Shown in pieces: positions 12,303 through 25,375 of a stretch of 64,000 bases of DNA. The notes under the pieces were generated by a model that made no database searches, was not told where the DNA came from, and saw only the letters and a list, made by a program, of their open reading frames with translations. Each line of letters begins with the position of its first letter. Position 1 is the stretch's first letter. The DNA comes from Chrysomallon squamiferum (Eukaryota; Animalia; Mollusca). The stretch covers positions 496,001-560,000 of the forward strand of contig CM022679.1 of the NCBI GenBank assembly GCA_012295275.1. Reading direction: 5' to 3'. The position numbers and the translations under genes are program-made.

Positions 12303-13841
12303 TTAACTGATTTGTATAAAATAAATAAATAAATATTAAATGCAGCAACAGTGAGTCACCTGGTGAGTGATGTTACCCCCACCTCAGAGTGGCTAATACA
12401 GGAACTCATACTTGAAAATGTGTTTCTGGGGGACTGTTCACCTAAGGTACAGAACATGATTACATCAATATTTATATTTCAAATACATTATATAATTTAA
12501 TACTGTCAATAGTTTGGTATTATTTGTTGTTATAAAAATTAATAGTTGTTAATTTAATTATTATATTATCTTTCTTTGACGTTTCAGTATGATTTGTATT
12601 ACATTGGGTAAAGGGGGGCAACTCTACAAAACAAAGTAATGCTTAGCGACATGAAATAAATGATTAATGTATAATATTATTATTATTACATTTCTGGCAG
12701 CTCCATTTTAAAAGATAACAGTAAACGTATATAAATAAGAAAGTAAATAAATAAAACGTTAATATATATATACAAAAACAAAGAATCAGATTATCATGAC
12801 TTAGTTCAAATGTTTTTTTGTTTTATATATTGTCTGTCAATGTGCTGAGCGGTATCGATTAATTCTCATGTACTTAGAAAACAACAGTTTTCCGATTAAT
12901 CTAAAACATACAACATATGCTACTACTACTAACAATATTACTGTTACTACTGATGATATTAAAGTTTGTTTTGTGACAGTAAACACCGTAAATTTAGTAA
13001 AACCTATACAGACATTTTAGAAGTGATGACGTCATTGAGGGACGAATTTAGTGCTTGGCAGGTTTTTTGTTTTTATTTAAGATCGACATAATTATATCAG
13101 TATTTATATTTCAAGTAAATTATTGTCATGTCGTCAGTAGTTTTGTAGTAAATGTTTGGACTGAATATTTGTTGATATAACTATATTTCATTGTGATTAA
13201 TATTTGGCTGGAGGAAGGGAGGTAACTGTTCCAAATAATGTAATTTTATAATATGAATTTTATTGTTATTGTTACTTAAACCTTTTCAATTCGCATTATA
13301 ATAATGAAGTTGTGATAAAAAATTATTTAAAATGAAATAGAATGAAATACATTAACAACAACAACAATAAATAAATAAGTAAATAAATAAATATATAAAT
13401 ATGTAATCATGAAATATAGTGATAAGTACGATTTCTCTATTCCTGTTTGAGTACAGTGACATTTTTCGTCTAATATTTATTTACATAAAACTTGTTTTTT
13501 TTTTTTTTGGTTTCTTTTAGATAATGAAAGATGTGTTTGGTGTATGGTTACGCCAGCAATTAAAGCCACTGTTTTCAGTTTCTACGAAACCATGTAAATA
13601 TTTAAGGTTAATAAATATTGCTATTTTTATTTTGCGTCTTTTTTTTTTTTGTTCTTCTTCTTATTAAGAAAAAAAAAAAGAAGTTTTATTTATTTTTATT
13701 TTGTTTACAGCTGTGAATATCGAACAGAAGTCCTTATGTATTGAACATGTGTGAACGCGAGTCGATTTACGGAAAGCACCGATCTCTACCGAACTGTATA
13801 ATCCAAAAAACATACTTTTACAATACTGTAGCAACTACAAA

Positions 13842-16800
13842 ATGGCGACTTCCAGTCTGAAATGTAGCTTTGTTTTTGTATTGTGCTGTCTGTTGAGTAA
13901 TTTTGCGTTGTGGATTTTTTTGCCTCCTTATTCTTTGAACCCGTCCGAGATTTTGCGAATGTTGAATAAAACGACTACTCACTCACGACTAACAGAGGTA
14001 CATTTTTAATATCATGATTTAGTTATATTTAAATTATTATTATTATTGTTGTTGTTGTTGTTGACTTAAACTTAACTCATACTAAACTGATGACTTAAAC
14101 TCGTATGACAGGATACTATGATCCTAAACTGATGACTTAAACTCAAATGGCAGGATGCTGTGTTAGAGATTTCCAGTTCTAATTAAAACATGATACAGTG
14201 TCAGCGACTAGTGACAGAGGACACAGCTGACATGAGAACTAATTCTGTCCTTGGTGCAGATTGTACCAGTTTGTATCTAGCATGATCATTCAGAGCTGCT
14301 GGAACATGCAGTGGTAGTTGTCGTTGTTTTCAGCAAACCAGTTAATGCTCAGCCGATAATCGATGACGTCACTGGAATGAATGTTGATTTTGTTATTTGC
14401 ATGGACGCGCAGTTTGCTGAGTCTGTTTGTCATTTACGCGGCAGCAAAACGAAATTAGGCGGTGAATAGAAAACGACATATTGATCTGAGAATGTCGAAC
14501 GTGAACGATTTGTTCGCGTTTTAAACACTAAAACAGATTTTTACATCTGTCATTCTCAGCCTGACAGAAAACCGTCAACAGCAGCGATACAAGTAACACG
14601 TTTACACCAGCAACAACGCGGTCAGCATCAACAATTACATGATGAAAATACCACCTCAAACAAAAAGAAGAAAAACCTGAAACATGGTAATCACAATTAT
14701 CTCCAGTACCAACAACATTACTACAATAATTTACAACTATCACAGTAATCACGAAAACAGCAAGAGTATCGTTATTATAATCAGCTTTGCCATAACAACA
14801 ACTATCACAATAATCATCACCAGCTACAACTTCATTTCCATAAAAATAAAATTAAAGCCACCAAAGACAAAACCTATACAGACTTGAATGACCATCACTA
14901 AACGATCGTTTCCAATAGTAATTGCCTGTCAACTCTAATAAAGTAAGTTCTTATGAGTTTTTCTGTTTGCCAGGTCGCTGAGAGGTCACCACTGCAGGTA
15001 GACAATCTACAGCTACACATCCAGTCAGCCGTAGTCAACGAGAAAAAATCTACAGCTCACGTCATCAACGTCATCATCACAGCGTGGATCGGCAGCAACG
15101 TTTCGTCCTTCCTGTGCTGTTTTACAACCACCGCAGGACAACGTGTCGCGGTTTCAGCCACTTTGTTACACACATTTGCACGCGGGGAGTTAATGGCGTC
15201 CCAGTTCAGCTGTGAAGTTTTTAGAAACATTTCTCTACTTTCCACTTTGACATTTTCCTCGTCCTCCTGCAGTCAGAACACACACAGACGTCTGGACATC
15301 GTGTACCCCGAGCAAGCCGCAGACAAGATGGCGGTGTGTTTAAAATGCGTGTACGGACATCCAGATATTAGAAAAATGGTTGAGTGGTTGGAACTGCAGA
15401 AACTGCAGGGTGTTAGCAAAGTGCTGGCTTTTCACTTCAAGCTGCACGCTCGTGTTAAACGTGTCTTACAGTTTTACCAGGAACAAGGCTACCTCGAGTT
15501 ACTCCCCTTTGTAATAGCTGGAACAGTCGCTAGAAAAGGTAAATCGGTTTTTCTAGCAAGCTCTTTACCACTGTCTATCTTTCTCTCTGTCTCTCTATCA
15601 GTTTGTCCGTCTGTCATTCTATCTATCACAGTTAATTATGTAACAGAAATACAACATTTATTTCTTTCTTCCCTGAACGTTTAATGCACGAAACCTGACT
15701 GACTTACTGATGATTAACTAATTGACTTATTTGATGATTGATGACTGACTGATTGACTGACTGATTGATGTTGACAGGTAAATCAAAGCGAGGCTTCCAG
15801 TACCAGGACAGGGTTGACGAATGGCAGTTCAGGTCTGATGAACAGATAACCGTGTTTGAGTGTCAGGAGAGGCTGTCGGGTTACAGCTACGTCGGCATCT
15901 ACGACATGGACGAAGTCATAGTGCCAGAGAGATTTAACACAAATAACACAAATTTGTTGGTGAAGTTTCTGAAGGTCATTATTATTATTATTATTATTAA
16001 CTGTTAATTCTTGAAAGAACAAGAATGTTTTCTCTCATTGCTTCATTGTAGAACGACACATTTGACATAATTTTTATAGTGTTTGTTTTTCTCTCATTGC
16101 TTCATTGTAGAACGACACATTTGACATAATGTTTAGAAAGTGTTAATATTAGTAGTGTTTGTTTTTCTCTCAGTATCTCGACTTTGAATATCCCTCAGCA
16201 GGAGCCTACGTATTCCGTGTTGAGAATTTTGTTTCTGACTGGGGAAAGTCTAACAACGAGTCACGTGTCAGTCTGATGCAGTACGTACTGAGATCAAAAC
16301 CCATGGGTGACTACAAAATCGTACATAAACCGGAACGATTGGCATGGGCGAAAACACATTCTGTCAAACTCCGAGAACAGCACACCGGGTAAGTAAGTGT
16401 TTGAACACACATTCAGTCAAACTCCGAGAACAGCACACCGGGTAAGTAAGTGTTTGAACACACATTCAGTCAAACTCCGAGAACAGCACACCGAGTAAGT
16501 AAGTGTTTGAACACACATTCTGTCAAACTCAGAGAACAACAAACCGGGTAAGTAAGTGTTTGAACACACATTTCTCAGAGAACAAACTAAGTAAGTGTTT
16601 GAAAACACATTCTGTCAAACTCAGAGAACAGCACACCGGGTAAGTAAGTGTTTGAAAACACATTCTGTCAAACTCAGAGAACAGCACACCGGGTAAGTAA
16701 GTGTTTGAAAACACATTCTGTCAAACTCAGAGAACAGCACACCGGGTAAGTAAGTGTTTGAAAACACATTCTGTCAAACTCAGAGAACAGCACACCGGGT

Positions 16801-17758
16801 AAGTAAGTGTTTGAACACACATTCAGTCAAACTCCGAGTACACACCGGGTAAGTAAGTGTTTGAACACACATTCTGTCAAACTCCGAGTACACATCGGGT
16901 AAGTAAGTGTTTACACACAATCAAGAACATTTTCCATGAAAATTTAATCTGTATTTTTGGTGAATACGAAGAAATAATTTAAATGTATTCTGTATATCTG
17001 TATTATTAGTATTATTATTATACCCCTCCACCAATCATAATTATTAACAAAATATAAAAACAAACGAGCAGAGTTCGAAAATGTTTGAATGTTGACATTT
17101 TTTCATGACGTCACTGACATAGCAGAATGATCGGCTCTTTCAGTCATCTTGTACCTGATGACATTCACGACTTTAGGTGTGAAAGGGTAAAATAGCAGCG
17201 TTTTAATTAATTAATTAATTTATTTATTTAATTTGTGTTTTTTGTTTTTGCAAAACTTTGTTATGAGTGATGACAGATACAGCAATGAAATAACAACTTT
17301 AAATCTGGTTATCTTTTAGCATTTGGCTTTTGCATTCAATTTGTTTGAAAAAAAAAAGAGAAGAATATATCAGAAACGAAAACATCATTTCTACAAAGTA
17401 TTCGCTTTCTGTTTAATGTTTCAATTAAATTATACACAACTTAAATACATTTTATATCACTTTTATTTCACTTTAAATATTCCATAATTTTTGTGATCAC
17501 TGTACTGATACTATTTTCTACGTCTCTATCTGATATTGCAGGGTTTTGGTGAGTCGTTCTATTGGCACTATTCACCATTACAGATCATGTCGACCTAACT
17601 GGAAACAAGGAATTTGTTTCTCTCTGACTAGATTTCAAGACAGACAGCTGCTACGCTGGGAAAAACAATTACTAAATAAAATACATAATCTTCCATTACA
17701 TGTAAAATATCTTCTGTCCAACAAATCTGACGTGAAGAAAATTAACGGGTATGGTTGA
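13842..17758 (+). CDS. Glycosyltransferase family 92 (DUF23)-like type II membrane protein, 449 aa. Exons 13842-13997, 14974-15538, 15778-15974, 16174-16388, 17542-17758
   Basis: ATG in CAAAATGG context; N-terminal signal anchor (FVFVLCCLLSNFALWIFL); phases 0,1,0,2 join into 1350 nt ending in TGA. GT92-typical motifs: AVCLKCVYG, MVEWLELQKLQGVSKV, VLQFYQEQGYLEL, Q...ECQERL..YSYVGIYDMDEVIVP (DxD), KIVHKP, THSV, IHHYR. Confidence 0.9.
16350..16917 (+). repeat. 53-bp minisatellite, about 11 units, spanning the GT92 exon 4 / intron 4 junction
   Basis: Unit cacattctgtcaaactc(c/a)gagaacagcacaccgggtaagtaagtgtttgaa(c/a)a; the first copy is coding (THSVKLREQHTG). Confidence 0.95.
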
Positions 17759-17790
17759 GTTTGTCCTAATATTTCGTGATGTCACATTTT

Positions 17791-17796
17791 AATAAA
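17791..17796 (+). terminator. Candidate polyadenylation signal of the GT92 gene
   Basis: AATAAA about 33 nt after the stop codon, followed by a GT-rich tract at 17808-17842. Confidence 0.6.
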
Positions 17797-18079
17797 AGCC
17801 GGACAAATGTGTTAGGGTGTTTTCCGTGTTTCTCTGTGTGTGAACGTATCAGGATAGACAGACAGGTAGACAGACAAACAGACAAAGATGAATTATAACG
17901 AAGTTTATTGTCATGAATATCTAGATGAGAAATGTAGACGCCATTGTTAGTGGCAATCAGGATACCGCTGAGAATTCAGACAAAATTGAATTATTATTAT
18001 CGCTTAGTCTGGTCTGTCACGATTTATAGTGAATATAAAAAACACACGCGTTCCTAGTCAGTCAGTGAAACACAACAAA

Positions 18080-18241
18080 CACACAAACATAGATAAACAT
18101 ACTAACACACAAACATATATAAATATACTAACACACAAAAATATATAAATATACTAACACACAAACACATATAAACATACTAACACACAAACATATATAA
18201 ACATACTACCACACAAACACATATAAACACACTAACACACA
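18080..18241. repeat. 26-bp minisatellite (acacacaaacatatataaacatacta)
   Basis: About 6 tandem copies. Confidence 0.85.
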
Positions 18242-18696
18242 CAGCCCACTTGGTCAGTTGTACGTTTCTGTAGCGCACACATCTGGACATTCGCCAATAA
18301 TAAAATAAAAAAAAATTACCAGAAAGAAATTCTTGGTCTAGATGTATGTTATTTTATGTTATTTTTTGGTGTCATTTTCACAACTTCATCAATAACTGGT
18401 AAAACTGAGAAGTAAACATTTAAAGTGCACTAGACTTCCTCACCACCGATTATGTGAAAAAACAGTTTATTATTTTTATCATCATCATCATCATCATCAT
18501 CATTATTATTTATATTATTTATTTATTTATTATTATTATTATCATCATCATCATTATCATTATTGTTATAATAATTATTATTTATATTATTTATTTATTT
18601 ATTACTATTACTATTATTATTTTTTTTTTGTTATTATTTTTGTTATTACTGCTGCTGTTGTCGTCGTCATTGCTGTTGTGCAAATGTGTATATGTA

Positions 18697-18731
<35 letters not shown>

Positions 18732-19048
18732 GACTGTACTCTCAGAAGTAGGTACGTATATTTAAATGGAAACATTCTGAGACGTACAAGTAAACACATA
18801 TTTAAGATATTCTGAACATTAAAAAGACGACACTGACGGGAGATTTCAGTTTTCTCGCACTAAATACTGTGTGTAATTAAGTTATTCCTGTGTATAATGA
18901 CATTATCGTCTATTATTATTGCTCTTCGACTCTAATGAATTAGCTGTGAAGCAGATTCGCGTGCTTTCAGCGCCAGACACCTCGGTACGACTGTGATTAC
19001 CTGCCTGTGTAAAGTGGAGCGAAATTCACACGAAATAAGGCAGCGATC

Positions 19049-19068
19049 GATATGCCATCTAGCGGACA
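19049..19068 (-). promoter_or_regulatory. CTCF-like binding motif
   Basis: Minus strand reads TGTCCGCTAGATGGCAT, close to the CTCF core CCASYAGRKGGCR. Confidence 0.5.
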
Positions 19069-19547
19069 CAACCTTCAGCAAATGTGAGGTCGTTTGCGTT
19101 CTTGTTCTGTTTGCAGATTGAAGACGATGTTGAGATGCGTCTGTCAGACATCCTCCACTTCAATGAACACGCCCGCCCCTGTGCGACGTCAGGGGCGAAT
19201 CCAGTCGTTTTACAAGTAGAGGTGCCACGCCTTGCTCACCAGTGTCGTTCACGCCCCAGCGTCAGTTCAGAGAAATGGACGTAGTGATCGTTTGTGATCG
19301 AGAACCCCCCCACTTTTCTTTTATTCTGGATCCGCGCCACTTTGCCACATCCTGGATTAGTGTCACTTCCCAAAATCCTTGGATTAGTGCCCTTTCCCAA
19401 CATCCTGGTTTAGTGCCAATTTCCCATAAACTGGGTTAGCGTCACTAACCGACATCCTGGATCAGTGCCGCCTCTCTTTAACTGGATTAGTGTCACTCCC
19501 TTACATCCTCGATGTGCCGGTTTTATAAAACGTTTTCACGTTGACAG

Positions 19548-20051
19548 CAATTCTAGACTATCAAGTTAAACAATTCTACATATCAAGTTAAACAATTCTA
19601 CACTATCAAGTTAAACAATTCTACATATCAAGTTAAACAATTCTACACTATCAAGTTAAACAGTTCTAGACTATCAAGTTAAACAATTCTAGACTATCAA
19701 GTTAAACAATTCTACACTATCAAGTTAAACAGTTCTACACTATCAAGTTAAACAATTCTACACTATCAAGTTAAACAATTCTAGACTATCAAGTTAAACA
19801 ATTCTACACTATCAAGTTAAACAATTCTACACTATCAAGTTAAACAATTCTACATATCAAGTTAAACAATTCTACACTATCAAGTTAAACAATTCTACAC
19901 TATCAAGTTAAACAATTCTACACTATCAAGTTAAATAATTCTACACTATCAAGTTAAACAATTCTACACCATCAAGTTAAACAATTCTACACTATCAAGT
20001 TAAACAATTCTACACTATCAAGTTAAACAATTCTACACTATCAAGTTAAAC
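19548..20051. repeat. 23-bp minisatellite (aattctacactatcaagttaaac), about 22 copies
   Basis: Highly homogeneous tandem array. Confidence 0.95.
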
Positions 20052-20367
20052 TTGTTTGTCTGTCTGTCCGGAAATTCATGACAAGGGAAAACTGCCATCA
20101 CGAGTTTAATACATGATGAAAAATTCACGTTTATCACCTGATCTGTTACTTCTCATGAATATTCATTAAAAAAGAAAGAAACAAATCAAAAATAAAACGT
20201 TGTAACAGAAAATATGACAAATATTAGTAAATGTTTCCGTTTTCTAGAATTATAACATATATTTGTATGCGTGTGTGAGTTTAGATGTTTGTGTGTGTTT
20301 ATATGTTTGTGTTTGTGAATATGCATTCATGTATATGTATGTATGTATGTATGTATGTACGTTTATG

Positions 20368-20398
<31 letters not shown>

Positions 20399-20435
20399 AC
20401 ATGTATGCATGCATGGATTTATGTTTGTATGTATG

Positions 20436-20481
<46 letters not shown>

Positions 20482-20891
20482 CATGTTTAGATGAACGGTT
20501 GTGCATCGATCATTAAATAAATGTACGGATTTAACACAATTACTGAGTGATTGGTAAATAACTGGACAGATAGACAGACAGACACATGAAGACTGAATGC
20601 TACAAGATGTTTTAGGTCCGCTCGTCTTGTAAGTAATTATTTTAATTTGTAACAGCGAACTCGTCCACACAAAGTGTCCTCGGAAGTGGAAATAATGTGA
20701 AGAATCCACTGAATAATAGATGAATAATTTGAATGAATGTCTGAATTCGCCAACACATTATTAATTTGCTTATCGGAGTTATCACAGATTTCACCGCCTC
20801 TGAGCAGTGACTTGTTAAACTGACATATTGTTTTTAGTGTATGAAGGCCAAAATAAAAATGTCTTTTTATGCTATATCTAGTCATAATGTC

Positions 20892-20954
<63 letters not shown>

Positions 20955-22744
20955 CACACACACACATACACACATATACACATACATATACACATAACGT
21001 AATGATCAGTATTAGAATATGAAGTATACTTAAACCTTACATAACAAAAACAATAATAATAAAAATAATCAGTTAAAAAAAGAAAATTTAATAAATAAAC
21101 AAATAAACAATAACAATAAAAATTGTAAAAGATAAAAAATAAAAATAGCGTAAGTCAACACGAAGCAGCTGTTAATGGAGATTTATTTGACGTGCACTAA
21201 TCTCTCAGGTTGACTGTCGTCGAGCAGCCCACACGTGTCGGTGTGCGCATGCTCAGATCTGTCAGTTACGTCTGAATTCAGAATGAGAAACATTGATCGA
21301 CTGATGTTAGTTTAAAACTGAGAACGTTTATCATTTCGCCCAACGCTCCCAATAAAATAACAATTCGTTACAGAGCCAATGAACATTTTAAATAAATTTA
21401 TTTTCTTGTCAGGTAAAGCTTTTTCACTGTCTGAAAACCATTACAGTTTAAAAAATTGATGTATTCGTAGCCAAATGAATAGAGTTAATTCCCTTTATCG
21501 TTTCCAGTTCTGTACACTGGAAGGGAGTGCTCAGGGGTGGGGTGGACTCCTTTATCTGTGTTTATTTTCCTTTTCTTCCCCCTGTACTTTGTTTCTTTTC
21601 ACAAATTAATTTTTATGAAGACGCCATTCTTTGGATCAACCATTGCTTTAATCTATATCTAAATCTATCTGTGTGTGTATAAATATATCTATATATAACT
21701 ATATATATTCACAAACATACACACACAAACACATATACTTTCCTGTTCGACTATAACAAAGCTGGGTTTTTTCAAAAGAATAATAAGAAATCAATAATAC
21801 TTATTTTATAAAAAAAAATAAGAGAAGAAGAAATACATCATTCGTCGAGGAATAAACTGGATTTAAAGAAAGAGAGAAAAAATAAAGTGAAAACAGAACA
21901 ACGACTGAGAACAAGGCAGACAACAGAAATTATAATCCTTTAATTTCATGTTTAAGTAAAACTGAGGGAATATGCTAGAAAAGATACGAAAAAATATATA
22001 ATAATAAAAATAAAAGCGAAGAATACAAGAAAGAAACGGAAAAGAAAAGGAATATCAGAACTTAATTTAATACTGATGTGTGAATATGTTCTAAAAGCAA
22101 GGTTCACACGATTTGATTTTTGAGAACAATTTTATGGTGAATGACAATGTTAAAAAATCTTGCTGGGATACAAAGAGCATGAAATATGAGATATCTATTT
22201 CTCACAGGAATTATAAATGTTGGTTAATTCTCAGACAAATTAATTTTATTTTCGTCTAACTTGTCCACTCTTATTAGTTTAATATCCGCGTTAATTTCGT
22301 GATTTATTCAAAACAGCACTCACCTACACCTACGAGTAATCTGCTACATGATACAGATTTTAAAATCGTTATGACATATCACATGGTATTATTGCGCCTA
22401 TTCATATCTCGCTGAAGGTAATAAAGTAGAAAACTTGGTTAGGTCTGAGTAATTTGGACGTGTTTAATAAACGGCTTCCCTTTGTTCTGATTGGCTGTCG
22501 GTGCAGGATATCCATGAAAAGAGCCAATCAGAATGTCACCCACGTTTTGACCCTGTATCACGTAATCAGAAGTAGGTCAGAGCGGGCGCACAGCCTCTAA
22601 TCAGCAACAACGGCAAAACCCGTTTGATTAGTTCTTCACCTAGTCTGTCACTGGTGTGGGTCAAAGGTCAGGGGTCAAATGTTACAGAGGCAAGACCGAC
22701 AACTGTGATGTTGTTTAAAACATAAATATCTTCATCAGTTCCAT

Positions 22745-23060
22745 GTACATATGTGTATGTATGTGTGTCTGTACGTACGTATGTATGTATGTGTGTCTGT
22801 ACGTATGTATGTATGTATGTTGTGTATGTAAGCGTGTATGTATGTAGGCGTTTATATATGTATGTGTGTCTATACATATGTACGTATGTATGTATGTCTG
22901 TACGTATGTATGGAGGTGTGTATGTATGTAAGCGTGTATGTATGTAGGCGTGTATGTATGTATGTGTGTCTATACATATGTACGTATGTATGTATGTATG
23001 TATGTATGTATGTATGTATGTATGTATATATGTTGTGTATGTATGTATGTACGGATGGAT
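22745..23060. repeat. Compound (TATG)n/(TG)n microsatellite
   Basis: Direct reading; similar tracts at 20320-20485, 26657-27220 and 45100-45285. Confidence 0.9.
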
Positions 23061-23151
23061 GTAAAATATCAACATCATCATAATTGTTATCACCAAAACA
23101 ATTTCATCTTAATCATACTGATTGATATCATCATCATCATCATCACAGTGT

Positions 23152-23344
23152 AGTTTCTAAGTACTATCTACTTACATGTAATCACCGATGTAGAAACGTG
23201 ACGTCGTGGTAAACGTGCACTTCGTAGCTGTTACATCAAGTTACTCACAGTTTAATTAGAATCTAGAACTGGTGTATTAGTTCTATCACGTTATCAGTAA
23301 ACCGTGAAACGAAGTCGTCTGTAGACTTAAATAAGTAGACAAAT
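23152..23344 (+). repeat. Dispersed repeat copy A (inverted partner at 31531-31710)
   Basis: Near-identical to the reverse complement of 31531-31710, apart from a 14-nt insertion (atcaagttactcac) and a few substitutions. Confidence 0.92.
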
Positions 23345-23480
23345 GAAGGTAATATCTGTCCGTCTGTCTGTCGTGTATGTTTCTCTGTGTGTTTATCTGT
23401 CTTCCTGTCTGTTTTCTTCTTTCTGTTTGTCTGGCTATCTGTCTTCTGTTTGTGCGTCTGTCTACCTACTAAATATCTGT

Positions 23481-23668
<188 letters not shown>

Positions 23669-23992
23669 ATGTATATATATATATTTCCTATATGAAGTTA
23701 TTTTTGTCGATATTGTTACTTTCTTCTATTATTGTTGTGTTGTGTTTTGTTTTGATTTTTTCCTGTTACAGCTGAAATGTTTCAGCAGCTGAGATGATGA
23801 TTATATACTATAAATAAAAGCAGACAGGAAGATAATAAAAAATAAAAAGGACATAAATCTCATTTTATTATTTATTTCTGTCACAGAAGTTTACTTAGAC
23901 TTTGTAGTTTTATTGGTGTTTTTTTGTGCCCTAATTGGATAGTCTGTGAAGAATAAAATATAAAAAAGGATGTTGATAATGATGATAATGAT

Positions 23993-24034
<42 letters not shown>

Positions 24035-25307
24035 TATTATTATTATTATTATTATTATTACGATAACTATTATTATTATTATTATTTATTCTGGATTACA
24101 AAATTCATATTTCTCTAGTTTACAAAAAAAAAAAAAAAAAAAAGATATACAATAAAAAAAAAGTGCATTAAACTATATTCACAAACATCTGAATAATCGT
24201 GAACTACAAAGTGATACAAAAGCATCATGGGAAATAACACAACACAATGAATGGCACGTAAAAAAGTCACAGAAAATGAAAACCACTCGATACTTCTAGG
24301 AGACCACTTTTAAGATATTTGCTTTTAAAAGCACCAACACTGTCGATGTTTCCGGCAGCACATTAATTTCGTTCAGTGAAACTGAAGTAGTTACACAAAA
24401 TAGATCCGAATCGAGCGAACGCAGAATGTGTTCGATGGCGAATCTGTGGTTCTTCAAACATAAATAAATAATATTCCCAACAGAATACAAGAAAATATTT
24501 TACAAGAAGGATCTTGAACTCTGTGATGCAGAATGTTGTAAAATAAATACCAAGTTATGTTCAATAACAAAATTGTGCAATCATCTTGAAAATAGAGTGG
24601 AAAGGTTTAAGAATCTTTAAGGAGTTCAATGAAAATCTGTCTGTATTTTTGTGTGTGTGTGTGTGTGTGTTTTTTTTGTGTTTTTTTGGGGCTGTAGTTT
24701 AGAGGTTTCTTCTTGTTCTTGTTCTTGTTCTTCTTGTTCTTCTTCTTCTTCTTATTATTATTATATTTACTATTTCTTTACATCTCACGACGTATCATCA
24801 GTAAACACCGAGGCAACAGAAAAGTATCAAACTAACAATTTACAGTCAGATTTAAAGTAAATAACAGCGGCAGTAACATCAAACCCTGTCGCACGTCGAC
24901 ATTAATTTAGTTCAGACTCGACAACGAGGCTCCACTTCCAGTTCGTCTGATTTCTTTCAGTGAGACGTTTTCTCAGCTGTAAGGAGATGATTTTCAATGT
25001 GAGATGAATGAAAGCTGCTTTCATTTTGTTTATTTCGTTCTGACATTACTGTCGTGTAGCAAAAACAGACTAATAGGAGTCTGAATAAAAACTGAAATAA
25101 AATAATGATAAAAAAAAAATAATAATAAAAAATAAAGTACTTTCAAGAAAAAGACACGTGAAAGTAGTTCAGTATTTATTACATTAGCAAGCTTACCAAA
25201 CAGGAAAAAAGAAAAGAAAAAAAAAATTAATTTATAAAATCCAAAGAGGGAGTTAGAAATAATCCAGATGTAAGTTTATATTGTTTCACTTGTAGCTCTG
25301 TAGCTCC

Positions 25308-25375
<68 letters not shown>

